Virus record (IMG/VR): IMGVR_UViG_3300042261_002390
Location: 182,150 to 246,149 of that record
DNA: 64,000 nucleotides
Strand: one strand, 5' to 3'
The notes beneath the pieces were generated by a model, which worked only from the letters and a program-made list of their open reading frames with translations, was not told where the DNA came from and did not search any database. The position numbers were made by a program, and so were the translations under genes. Positions within the stretch are counted from its first letter, which is position 1; each line of letters begins with the position of its first letter. This document shows positions 10,092 to 18,734 of the stretch, one piece after another.

Positions 10092-10259
10092 ATGTATAAA
10101 GAAAATGTAAAATATAAGCTAATCGGATACCAACCAGCAGGAATTGACTATAATGTGCCAAGAACAGAAATTGCTGAATGGAAAAATGGTTATTGGTATC
10201 CATATGGATGTGGGAAAAGAATAGTCAATTTCGTAATTGAAGAAGTAGTAGAACTTTAA
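10092..10259 (+). CDS. small hypothetical protein (55 aa)
   Basis: Manual translation MYKENVKYKLIGYQPAG...VVEL*; the stop lies just before the first attC-like site. Confidence 0.55.
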   Translation: MYKENVKYKLIGYQPAGIDYNVPRTEIAEWKNGYWYPYGCGKRIVNFVIEEVVEL

Positions 10260-10264
10260 ATGTT

Positions 10265-10399
10265 TTATAACATGATGTAGCTAACCGAAGTTGGCGATTA
10301 CGAAGCACAAACTTTCAAACTAAAAAAATGTTTAATCGAAGCACAACAGTTCATATCAGCACTATACCGCCAATTTTGGTTAGCTGCATCACGTTATGT
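10265..10399 (+). mobile_element. attC-like palindromic site 1
   Basis: TTATAAC...GTTATGT ends; arms 10267-10286 and 10378-10397 are complementary at 18/20 positions. Confidence 0.7.
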
Positions 10400-10420
10400 G
10401 CCGTTTTTAAATAAATTATT

Positions 10421-11047
10421 ATGGCTGGAATTGATAAAACTTACACAGACTCTTATAAAGATTATAAAGAGTTTAAAACTTGGGCTGATAACCAAAAATT
10501 AACGTTTTTTGACGGATTAACTGTATGTATTGGTGATTGGGTTTGGCAATATGAAAAGGACGATTTTACAAATGGTGAAATTCCTATTATGAATACTCCA
10601 ACTTGGTTGGATATTTACTTAATTCAAAATTGTAAAACTTGGTTTGTTTTAGATAGAATGAAGTCTGTTTATGGTGAAGAATCATATAAAGAATTTCAAA
10701 ATATTGATTTAACAGCAAAACCACCATCCGACTTTAAGCAGAATAGAAAAATTACAATAAAGCCGAATAAAAATTGCAAGTTTCCATTTAAGAAAAGAAT
10801 GTTTAGCAAGCCAATTGGAGGTAAAACTAAATGGTGGCTGCAATGTGAAAATGATTTTTGGTATAATAATGAAACTAAAAGATGGGTGAGTTATGAAACA
10901 CAATATCCACATAACACTAATACTGCTCATATTACTTCTACTAAAGCATTAGTAAGACATCTACGAAATCAATATTTACCTAAAGGGGTTGTATTTACAA
11001 TTTCGGGTAGATATGTTGGAGAAGAATACATTGCGGTAGTGTCTTAA
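10421..11047 (+). CDS. hypothetical cassette-borne protein
   Basis: 208 aa; bounded by GTTATGTGCC (10393) and its exact reverse complement GGCACATAAC (11050). Confidence 0.75.
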   Translation: MAGIDKTYTDSYKDYKEFKTWADNQKLTFFDGLTVCIGDWVWQYEKDDFTNGEIPIMNTPTWLDIYLIQNCKTWFVLDRMKSVYGEESYKEFQNIDLTAKPPSDFKQNRKITIKPNKNCKFPFKKRMFSKPIGGKTKWWLQCENDFWYNNETKRWVSYETQYPHNTNTAHITSTKALVRHLRNQYLPKGVVFTISGRYVGEEYIAVVS

Positions 11048-11052
11048 ATGGC

Positions 11053-11185
11053 ACATAACGTGTTGCAGCTATGCGCTGAATGGGGATTGTACCCACGAAA
11101 CTTAAAACGAATAACAAAACTATGAATACTAACAATTTATCCAACGAGAGCGAAAACCCCATTTTGCGTATAGGTGCGGTTAGCT
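11053..11185 (+). mobile_element. attC-like palindromic site 2
   Basis: ACATAAC...GTTAGCT ends; internal imperfect inverted repeat CTATGCGCTGAATGGGG / CCCCATTTTGCGTATAG. Confidence 0.7.
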
Positions 11186-11694
11186 GCTGCCGTTTTATTT
11201 TTCTCGATATTGACGGGGTGATAGCTACACCAAAAACGGTAGAGCATGGAATGTGGGCTTTAACACCTGAAAAACAAGATTTACTTGGAATGATAATAGA
11301 AAAAACAGGTGCAAAGATTGTGCTTAGTAGTAGCTGGCGAAAACATACAATTGAAGATACTATTGAACACATGAAAGAACATGGGTTTAGATTCTGTGAT
11401 GAAATTGTAGGCATAACAATTAGAGCTTATCAATATTTACAAAAAGGCGTTCATTTATCAATTCCGAGAGGTGTAGAGATTAAGCAATGGATTGATACGA
11501 ATATTCATTCAAATAATGGTAAAGATTGGAACAGAAAGGAATTAGGCAAAGATTGGAATTATGTGATTTTGGATGATGATTCCGATATGCTTTTAGAACA
11601 CAAAGATAATTTTATATGTTGCGATTCAATGGAAGGTTTAACTCTCGAACAAGCAAACAAAGCTATCGAGGTGCTTTCTTACGGTTGCAGCTAA
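11122..11694 (+). CDS. HAD-family phosphatase (HAD_SAK-like); start lies inside the attC-like site
   Basis: FLDIDGV, LSSSWR and ILDDD motifs; the N-terminus MNTNNLSNESENPILRIGAVSCC is encoded by the palindrome. Confidence 0.8.
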   Translation: MNTNNLSNESENPILRIGAVSCCRFIFLDIDGVIATPKTVEHGMWALTPEKQDLLGMIIEKTGAKIVLSSSWRKHTIEDTIEHMKEHGFRFCDEIVGITIRAYQYLQKGVHLSIPRGVEIKQWIDTNIHSNNGKDWNRKELGKDWNYVILDDDSDMLLEHKDNFICCDSMEGLTLEQANKAIEVLSYGCS

Positions 11695-11976
11695 CGGTTG
11701 GCGGTATGGCATAGTTATTTTTTCTATCACAAAACTAAATTAAAAGATATGGCTTATGATATTTATGGACAAAACTTAGCGAGCGGACACTGTGAGGTGC
11801 ATCCGTGGGTGGGAGAAAGTTACCCTTGCTCTTTGTGTTACGCAGAAAGCAAGCCTAAGCACGACCCAAGACAAAAAGAGTATGAACGTGCGGAGGCAGA
11901 ATACTACGCTGAAATGGAGCGAGCGCACTACGAAGAACTGGCAAGAAAAAATAATTTGCTATACCGCATGTTATGC
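11689..11976 (+). mobile_element. attC-like site 3 with an unusually long, gene-containing loop
   Basis: AGCTAAC...GTTATGC ends; arms GCGGTATGGCATAGTTATTTTTT (11701) and AAAAAATAATTTGCTATACCGC (11946-11967). Confidence 0.6.
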
Positions 11977-12066
11977 TATGTGGCACTTGCAGTAAGCAAA
12001 TTAAATGAGCGAGTTCAGAAATACAAGGAAAAAATGTTAAGCAGAGTGGTGCAAAAGCGCCATTGA
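11749..12066 (+). CDS. hypothetical protein spanning attC-like site 3
   Basis: MAYDIYGQ start with CEVH/CSLC Cys-His motifs; reads through the right arm. Confidence 0.6.
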   Translation: MAYDIYGQNLASGHCEVHPWVGESYPCSLCYAESKPKHDPRQKEYERAEAEYYAEMERAHYEELARKNNLLYRMLCYVALAVSKLNERVQKYKEKMLSRVVQKRH

Positions 12067-12095
12067 GCATAACTCCCAAATATACGCAATATTAC
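12066..12095 (+). mobile_element. orphan attC-like left half-site
   Basis: AGCATAAC is the exact reverse complement of GTTATGCT at 11970; followed by an L-box-like ATATACGCAAT with no partner found nearby. Confidence 0.45.
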
Positions 12096-12110
12096 CAAAG
12101 ATTAATTATC

Positions 12111-12335
12111 ATGAAATCAATTACATATACCATTGAAATTAAATGGATAATTATTGGATATGATAATTATGGATTTGGTAGTGATAAGATTCTTTATAAT
12201 TTGAAAACTAATAGAAGATTAAAACAATCATATAATTCAGGAAGTATTGGTTATTGGTTTGGGAAACGATTTATTCCATTATCGAAACTAAGAAATTTAT
12301 TAAAAAAACCAACAATAGAATTTTGTCCTTTTTAA
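12111..12335 (+). CDS. hypothetical protein
   Basis: Internal ATG MKSITYTIE of the 12063 ORF. Confidence 0.6.
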   Translation: MKSITYTIEIKWIIIGYDNYGFGSDKILYNLKTNRRLKQSYNSGSIGYWFGKRFIPLSKLRNLLKKPTIEFCPF

Positions 12336-12336
12336 T

Positions 12337-12362
12337 TGTAACCTTTTTGATTGTGATTCGTA
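12337..12362 (+). promoter_or_regulatory. ECF-type promoter TGTAAC-N16-CGTA
   Basis: Recurrent intergenic motif. Confidence 0.7.
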
Positions 12363-12386
12363 TAAGTAGGAAACCATTAAAAATAA

Positions 12387-12728
12387 ATGATGAAAAAGAT
12401 TTTATTATCGATACTAATTGTGGTGGCATTTACTTCATGTGAAGAAATGAAAAAGACCAAAGAATTTTATGCCGACGAGCAAAAAAAATTAAGTCCTGCA
12501 AGTACTGAATATACTAAAATCAGGCTCGTAGAATTAAAAGACTTCGAAGGTTATAATCAAAATGTTGGTGGCTTTGATTTTGTGAGAGATAGTTGTGAAT
12601 ATACCTATCTTTGGACAGGTGCTGGAAATGGTGGCGGTACAATTTTCCATAAAGGCAATTGTAAGTATTGTCAAGAACGCAATAAAAAAATGATTGAAAA
12701 CCTTTTAAAGAAATATTACCATGAATAA
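12387..12728 (+). CDS. putative lipoprotein
   Basis: Signal peptide ending AFTSC (lipobox-like). Confidence 0.7.
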   Translation: MMKKILLSILIVVAFTSCEEMKKTKEFYADEQKKLSPASTEYTKIRLVELKDFEGYNQNVGGFDFVRDSCEYTYLWTGAGNGGGTIFHKGNCKYCQERNKKMIENLLKKYYHE

Positions 12729-12987
12729 TTTATCATATCCGAAAGATTTCGGAAAAACCGTTGAGAGTGTTGAAATAATCAGTAATGAAGTTAACGATGA
12801 TAGAGTTATCATTAGCATTGAAAATGATGGCAATTTTGGTCACTTCTTAGCGTCAGAAGGTAAACCATTTGTATTTGCCAATGAAGAAGCTGCTGAAGAA
12901 TTTGCTAAAGAACACGCACTTGAAAACTACAATATTGAACCATTTGTTGATTATGATTTTTCCGGCATAGAACTAATCGAACTATAA
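12721..12987 (+). CDS. hypothetical acidic protein
   Basis: 88-aa ORF, overlaps the upstream stop. Confidence 0.65.
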   Translation: MNNLSYPKDFGKTVESVEIISNEVNDDRVIISIENDGNFGHFLASEGKPFVFANEEAAEEFAKEHALENYNIEPFVDYDFSGIELIEL

Positions 12988-13001
12988 TCTCATGAAAGAA
13001 T

Positions 13002-13310
13002 ATGAAGTTAAGTGCAAATGCAAAATTTTGGTCGAGTATTGGTGCAATAATGGTTATACTCATCATATTGCTATTTCTACTGAAAAAAGGAATTGATAGC
13101 CAATTAGACAAGGAAGCTAAGGAAAGTTATCAAGCAATCGAAGCAGCATCTGCTGAATCATATGAACGTGGATTGTGGGATGGTTTTAATCTCACCGTTA
13201 AGTATCTAAACGATAAAAAGTATCTGAAAGACAACGATACTATAAAAATCGAGATTACTGAATTAATTGATGTATTACACTCAAAAAATAATCAAAATGC
13301 CAAGAATTAA
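13002..13310 (+). CDS. membrane-anchored hypothetical protein
   Basis: N-terminal TM helix. Confidence 0.65.
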   Translation: MKLSANAKFWSSIGAIMVILIILLFLLKKGIDSQLDKEAKESYQAIEAASAESYERGLWDGFNLTVKYLNDKKYLKDNDTIKIEITELIDVLHSKNNQNAKN

Positions 13311-13485
13311 AAGTGTTGTTAAGAATGAAGAGGTTTATGTACGTCTAAGTGATATAATGTTATCACTACGAGAAGATTTAGATAATGTTAAGTCTGATGA
13401 GGTGAAAGAATATATCCGGGATGACATTAAAGTGTGGAAAAAATATGAAAAAGATATTTTAGAACAAGCAGGTATAAAATTTTAA
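13297..13485 (+). CDS. hypothetical protein
   Basis: Internal ATG MPRIKSVV. Confidence 0.6.
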   Translation: MPRIKSVVKNEEVYVRLSDIMLSLREDLDNVKSDEVKEYIRDDIKVWKKYEKDILEQAGIKF

Positions 13486-13494
13486 TTAAAAACT

Positions 13495-14382
13495 ATGACA
13501 GATATTGAATTAATCGAAAAAATATTGGCATCTAAAAAGCCATCAGATATCTTTCCGGATGATTGGAAAAAAGACTATCTTCGCTACAGTAAAATGATTT
13601 ATCCTGATTTTTGTAAGCATCCTAAAGCGAGTGATGCTATGGCAAAAATTAATCATTATAAAGATTTGATTGAGAACGGTACAATATATACTGATGAAGC
13701 CGGAGAATTTCGAGTCTTTGAGAAGAAAATTGAATATCAAATAACTGATACTAATCGTACTATTCTAAGATGGTCATACGAAAATTATCGTAAACTCAAA
13801 TCTAAAACTGATGAAGCATCGTTGAAATTTCATCGATATTTGCCGGAAGATATGATTATGAATAACGATAAGTTAACTATTGTATTAAAAGACCGGGCAG
13901 TTCCATTATCAAATAATCAGCTTGAACAAATTCATGTAAATTGGATATTTAGCCGAATGTTTGAGTTTAGTATGTGGATGCAACAGATTGGTATGGTTCA
14001 TATGGGTTTAAACCCTACGACTGTATTTGTTGTTCCTGAAACACATGGAATTATTGTCGTTTCTTTTTATCATATGTGCCCGATTGGGAAGAAAGCTGAA
14101 ACTATTTCAGCTAAGTACAAAACATGGTATCCAACAACGTTGTTTAGTAAAAAGATTGCAACATCTGATATTGATTTAGAATTGTGTAAGAAAATTGCCA
14201 TATATTTATTGGGCGATAGGTCAGCAGCAGGTACTAAATTAAAAATGGATAAAAAAAATATAAATCAGGATGTTTTGACATTCTTGTTAACTAAACATGA
14301 AAATAGTATTGAGATATATAAAAAATATCGTGATTTGTTGGCAAAACACTTTGAAAGAAAATTTTATCCATTTTCTTTGTAG
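13495..14382 (+). CDS. J-domain-like N-terminus plus protein-kinase-like domain
   Basis: YSKMIYPD (HPD-like) helix; MVHMGLNPTTVFVVPETHG resembles a degenerate kinase catalytic loop. Confidence 0.6.
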   Translation: MTDIELIEKILASKKPSDIFPDDWKKDYLRYSKMIYPDFCKHPKASDAMAKINHYKDLIENGTIYTDEAGEFRVFEKKIEYQITDTNRTILRWSYENYRKLKSKTDEASLKFHRYLPEDMIMNNDKLTIVLKDRAVPLSNNQLEQIHVNWIFSRMFEFSMWMQQIGMVHMGLNPTTVFVVPETHGIIVVSFYHMCPIGKKAETISAKYKTWYPTTLFSKKIATSDIDLELCKKIAIYLLGDRSAAGTKLKMDKKNINQDVLTFLLTKHENSIEIYKKYRDLLAKHFERKFYPFSL

Positions 14383-14386
14383 AAAA

Positions 14387-14412
14387 TGTAACCTTTTTAA
14401 GTTCTAAACGTA
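14387..14412 (+). promoter_or_regulatory. ECF-type promoter TGTAAC-N16-CGTA
   Basis: Recurrent intergenic motif. Confidence 0.7.
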
Positions 14413-14468
14413 TAAGAGGTATTGGATTTAAAAATCATATTAGTATTAACAATTAAAAATTAAAAAAC

Positions 14469-14594
14469 ATGGGATTTCCAAATCATTCAAACGATGTAAA
14501 CACTGCAAAGTCATTCGAAGAAATGGCTGCAATGGAAGAAGCTGCTGAAGCAGAAGTAAATAACGCTCCGGAAACCGAGGCTAAACCTGAGTAA
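14469..14594 (+). CDS. small acidic protein (41 aa)
   Basis: Manual translation MGFPNHSNDVNTAKSFEEMAAMEEAAEAEVNNAPETEAKPE*; 2 nt before the vWA gene. Confidence 0.55.
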   Translation: MGFPNHSNDVNTAKSFEEMAAMEEAAEAEVNNAPETEAKPE

Positions 14595-14596
14595 TC

Positions 14597-15514
14597 ATGG
14601 GGTATAGTAATTGGTCGGATGATGCATATACTAATATTAGCAATAGTAAAAGTTATGCATCAAAATCTGCTGACGATATTTTCAGTAGCACACCTAAAAG
14701 CGATATGCTTCCGAACAAAATTGTTGTTCGTGAATCTCGTGATAGTGTTGCACACCCAAATTCGTTAGCAGTTATGTTCTTTCTTGATGATACCGGAAGT
14801 ATGGGAAGAATCCCGGAAGATATCATCAAAAATGAACTTCCTACTTTGATGAACACCATCATCGACAATGGTATCCAAGACCCTCAGATTCTTTTTGGTA
14901 CGATTAACGACCATAAGTGTATCGATACACCGATTCAGGTTGGTCAGTTTGAATCTGGAACTGAAGAACTTGATAAATGGTTGTCCGGAATGGCAATTCA
15001 AAGTGGTGGCGGCGGTCAAGATAGAGAAAGTTATCTTTTGGCTTGGTATGTTGCAGGTCGTCACACTTCAATTGATTGCTTCGAAAAACGAAATCAAAAA
15101 GGATTTTTGATTACTGTTGGCGATGAAGCTAGTTGGGATACTCTTAGCGGTGATACTTTGAAAAAAGTATTTGGTGCTAATAGCGATGAAAGTGTTACCG
15201 ATAAACAGCTTCTTGAAGAAGCACAAAGACTTTATCACGTATATCACATTCACGTCAATGAAGCAAGCTATAAAGACGACCCTGATGTATTAGGGTATTG
15301 GGAAAAAATGCTTGGTGAAAGACTTATTGTGTTGAATGATTATCATGCAATTTGTGCAACAGTTGCAACATTGATTGCAGTACAACATGGCGTTGACATG
15401 GCGAAAGTCGTGAGCAGATTCGATGCAAGAACAGCAGGTATGGTTACAACTGCACTTGCAAAAGTCACAACCACATTGGTTGTAACACCGGACGAAGGCA
15501 TCATGAAGCTTTAA
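14597..15514 (+). CDS. von Willebrand factor A (vWA) domain protein
   Basis: MIDAS motif DDTGSMG; GGGGQDRESY; TVGDE. Confidence 0.85.
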   Translation: MGYSNWSDDAYTNISNSKSYASKSADDIFSSTPKSDMLPNKIVVRESRDSVAHPNSLAVMFFLDDTGSMGRIPEDIIKNELPTLMNTIIDNGIQDPQILFGTINDHKCIDTPIQVGQFESGTEELDKWLSGMAIQSGGGGQDRESYLLAWYVAGRHTSIDCFEKRNQKGFLITVGDEASWDTLSGDTLKKVFGANSDESVTDKQLLEEAQRLYHVYHIHVNEASYKDDPDVLGYWEKMLGERLIVLNDYHAICATVATLIAVQHGVDMAKVVSRFDARTAGMVTTALAKVTTTLVVTPDEGIMKL

Positions 15515-15533
15515 ACGCTACTACGAGACTATT

Positions 15534-15568
15534 AAAAGGGGATATATGTAAATATATCCCTTTTTTTT
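15534..15568 (+). terminator. intrinsic terminator
   Basis: GGGATATAT-GTAA-ATATATCCC hairpin followed by a T8 run. Confidence 0.8.
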
Positions 15569-15594
15569 GTAACATTTTATTAGAATATAACGTA
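15568..15594 (+). promoter_or_regulatory. ECF-type promoter TGTAAC-N17-CGTA
   Basis: Recurrent intergenic motif. Confidence 0.7.
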
Positions 15595-15666
15595 TAATAA
15601 TGAAAAATCAATATCTTTTGTGTTAGGTTTTAATTTTCGTGGTATTTATATTAAAATACAAATATT

Positions 15667-16407
15667 ATGGAAATTTATAAAATTACGAACACGATAACAA
15701 ACGATTTTTATATTGGTTCTGCTGTGAACTTTAAAAATAGAAGGTGGGGTCACATTAGTTCTTTGAGAAAAAATAAGCATAAGAATCGATTTATTCAAAA
15801 TTCTTGGAATAAATATGGTGAAAATGCATTTATTTTTGAAATTATTGAAATTGTTGATGCTAAAGAAAATTTGATTGATAGAGAGCAATATTGGATTGAT
15901 ATCTTATCACCAACATTTAATTTGGCTAAGAAGGCAGGTAGTCCTTTAGGTGTTAAACATTCTGAAAAATCAAGAAAGAATATGTCATTAGCACATAAAG
16001 GATTGTCTAAAGAACAACGAGGACATAAAGAAAATTGTAATTGTTGTATTTGTAATCGTAAAAATGGTAATAATAGTCCACGATATATACAACGTGAAGA
16101 AAGAACATGCATTTGTGGATGTGGTACTAAATTTACTTGTAGAATTAATAGTAATAGAAAATTTATTTCAGGTCACAATAAATCACAATTAGGTAAGAAA
16201 AAAAGTTATGAAGCTATCGAAAAACAAAGAAACAAAATATTAACCCCAATATTACAATTTGATATTAATGGCAATTTAATTAAGGAATGGAAGGGCGTTA
16301 TTATTGCAGCAAATGAATTAAATATTGATAATACTGCAATTTCTGCCTGTTTAAGGGGAAAATCAAAAACATCTGGTGGATATATTTGGAAATATAAATT
16401 TAAATAA
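15667..16407 (+). CDS. free-standing GIY-YIG homing endonuclease with NUMOD3/NUMOD1-like DNA-binding modules
   Basis: EIYKITN...FYIGSA, R..H..L, FEIIE; KHSEKSRKNMS; C-terminal ILQFD...AISACLRGK...GGYIWKYK. Confidence 0.9.
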   Translation: MEIYKITNTITNDFYIGSAVNFKNRRWGHISSLRKNKHKNRFIQNSWNKYGENAFIFEIIEIVDAKENLIDREQYWIDILSPTFNLAKKAGSPLGVKHSEKSRKNMSLAHKGLSKEQRGHKENCNCCICNRKNGNNSPRYIQREERTCICGCGTKFTCRINSNRKFISGHNKSQLGKKKSYEAIEKQRNKILTPILQFDINGNLIKEWKGVIIAANELNIDNTAISACLRGKSKTSGGYIWKYKFK

Positions 16408-16414
16408 TTTAATT

Positions 16415-17566
16415 ATGAAGATAAGTATAATTCTTGGCGCATGTTTCGGAGACGAGGGTAAAGGTGCTTTCGTCAATTATCTGTGTAATAAAACAGACAA
16501 ACCATTGGTTGTTAGGTTTAACGGTGGTCAGCAATGTGGACATACTGTAGTATATAATGGAAACAGACACGTATTTTCAAATTTCGGTTCTGGAAGCCTT
16601 CGAGGTGTTCCGACATATTGGTCAGAGTATTGTACCTTAGACCCGATTGGTTTTAAAAATGAATTAGCATCGTTGAACCAAATTGGTATTATGCCAAAAA
16701 TAGTTTATAATGCTAATGCAATGGTGACTACACCTTTTGATAAATATCAGAACCATAAGCTCAATGCAATAAACAAACACGGTAGTGTTGGAGTTGGTTT
16801 TGGAACAACTATTCAACGAAACGAAGACCATTATCACTTATATGTGAGGGACTTACTGTATCCTAAAATCAGGGATGCTAAACTCGAAAATATTTGGAAG
16901 CAGTATTATAAGATATCTGAAATGTCAGGGGATTGGGAAGTTATAATGAATAAGTTTATCGAAGCATGTGATGTTTTTATTAACTATGCGCATTGCGGTA
17001 TAGTAAATTCAATTGATGAGATTTTATACTACGACCATTTAATTTTCGAAGGTGGTCAGGGCATATTACTTGACCAAAATTATGGATTCTTCCCAAATGT
17101 CACACGTAGCAATACAACATCAAAAAATGCAATTGAAATCATCAATAAATTGCCATTGTTTGAAGGCGATAAAGTAATTGATACATATTATATCACCAGA
17201 GCATATCAAACAAGGCATGGCAATGGTTATATGACGAATCAAGATTTAGATATCTCATATATTAAAGAAAATCCTAATGAAACCAATGTGATGGGTTTTC
17301 AGGGTGAATTCAGGAAATCTGTTCTTGATTTAGATTTGTTGAAATATGCTGTTCAATGTGACAAATATCACAATCCTAAGTCAAGGAAGAATCTCGTAAT
17401 TACGTGCCTAGACCAAATTCCAAGTAAGAATGCCGTACCACTTACTTTTGAAGGTAAATTAACACACATGAAACCTAAACAAATAAGTGAATTCTTGCTT
17501 GGAAACAGTATGGAAAGATGTTATCCAACATATTCAGATACCGGATATTCGGATGTACTTCCATAA
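16415..17566 (+). CDS. purA: adenylosuccinate synthetase-like protein (divergent PurA family)
   Basis: GACFGDEGKG, RFNGGQQCGHT, FEGGQGILLD, TRAYQTRHGNG; start moved to MKISIILG. Confidence 0.85.
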   Translation: MKISIILGACFGDEGKGAFVNYLCNKTDKPLVVRFNGGQQCGHTVVYNGNRHVFSNFGSGSLRGVPTYWSEYCTLDPIGFKNELASLNQIGIMPKIVYNANAMVTTPFDKYQNHKLNAINKHGSVGVGFGTTIQRNEDHYHLYVRDLLYPKIRDAKLENIWKQYYKISEMSGDWEVIMNKFIEACDVFINYAHCGIVNSIDEILYYDHLIFEGGQGILLDQNYGFFPNVTRSNTTSKNAIEIINKLPLFEGDKVIDTYYITRAYQTRHGNGYMTNQDLDISYIKENPNETNVMGFQGEFRKSVLDLDLLKYAVQCDKYHNPKSRKNLVITCLDQIPSKNAVPLTFEGKLTHMKPKQISEFLLGNSMERCYPTYSDTGYSDVLP

Positions 17567-17596
17567 TATTTTACTATATTTGCAAAAAAGATTGAT

Positions 17597-18358
17597 ATGA
17601 AATTCTTAATACAAAAAATAAACGGTCAGATTAAACATGATTTTGCATTCACGTTATTACAGTCAATTGATTTTAAAAATTGGTTGAATCGTGGTAATTC
17701 AAAAGATAAGATTATTGTGAAATATGCTAATACTGAAGAAGGTAAGCCAATTGGAATGAATTTTAAATTGATTCATGCCGATTATGTACCTGTCGGAAGT
17801 GTTGAATTTGTATCATCGTTTTGTGATATTTATCATCATGTTATTCCAAAACCAATTAACGTGCCAGAAGATTTATTCGTTGGCACATTTCAACATACTC
17901 GCCGGGAAATCTTTAACGGTACTGAGAAAGACTTGAAAAGATTGGACTCAGGTAAATGGTTTGTGAAAAGTAACGACAAGATTAAGGGGTTTAGTGACAT
18001 TTTTAAAATTGATAATAACCATGTTTGGGATATACCAAAGGGTAATTATCAGTTTTCGAGATTTATCAGCATTGATAGTGAATGGCGTGCTTTTGTTTAT
18101 AAAGGAAAATTGGTCGGTTTACAAAACTACGCAGGTGAATTCACCAAATTTCCAAAGGTCGATAGAATTGAATCAATGATTCTCGCATATAAATCAGCAC
18201 CAGTTGCATATACACTTGATGTTGGTGTGAATGATTACGATACATTTGTTATTGAATGTCATGACATGTTCTCCTGCGGATTATATGGTTTTGCTGACCA
18301 CTCAATATATCCGAATATGCTTAATGGTTGGTTTAGAGAATATTTAAGAAAGCAATAA
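17597..18358 (+). CDS. ATP-grasp domain protein (R2K/DUF4343-like)
   Basis: WFVKS, SEWRAFVY, YTLDVG, VIECHD...GLYG. Confidence 0.75.
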   Translation: MKFLIQKINGQIKHDFAFTLLQSIDFKNWLNRGNSKDKIIVKYANTEEGKPIGMNFKLIHADYVPVGSVEFVSSFCDIYHHVIPKPINVPEDLFVGTFQHTRREIFNGTEKDLKRLDSGKWFVKSNDKIKGFSDIFKIDNNHVWDIPKGNYQFSRFISIDSEWRAFVYKGKLVGLQNYAGEFTKFPKVDRIESMILAYKSAPVAYTLDVGVNDYDTFVIECHDMFSCGLYGFADHSIYPNMLNGWFREYLRKQ

Positions 18359-18359
18359 G

Positions 18360-18734
18360 ATGAGTTGGAAATGTATTAACGATATCTACAACGAAAAAGA
18401 TGTAATATTATTTTTTGAGAATGTGTCCTATGAAGAACAGGATGATAGGGGCGAGTCTGATGATATTGCGATTTGCCTTTGTGATGAGCTTGGCATTAAA
18501 CAGTATTTGGTTGACCAATTTGTTAGGAATAATTTTATCGAAGAACTGGATGAAGAACCAGATGTGGTTGAATTACTGAAGAAAAACATTCATGATGTAA
18601 TGATTGCAAACGGACGAAGTGAAAAATACTTTAGTATTTATTGGGCAATCTGGTGGTCAAAGGTGAGCATCGAATGTAAAATTGGTTTGTTTAAAACATT
18701 TGAACAAATAAAAAATAAAAACGATGACAATTAA
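18360..18734 (+). CDS. hypothetical acidic protein
   Basis: 124-aa ORF. Confidence 0.65.
   Translation: MSWKCINDIYNEKDVILFFENVSYEEQDDRGESDDIAICLCDELGIKQYLVDQFVRNNFIEELDEEPDVVELLKKNIHDVMIANGRSEKYFSIYWAIWWSKVSIECKIGLFKTFEQIKNKNDDN

Noticed and set aside
15667-16407. Group I intron carrying the GIY-YIG gene
   Set aside because: The flanking vWA and PurA-like genes are each complete, and there is no room for intron core structure.
16415-17566. PurZ and a 2-aminoadenine (Z) genome
   Set aside because: The N-terminal motif is GDEGKG with the PurA Asp, not the Ser of PurZ/PurZ0, and no adjacent datZ/mazZ arrangement is seen.
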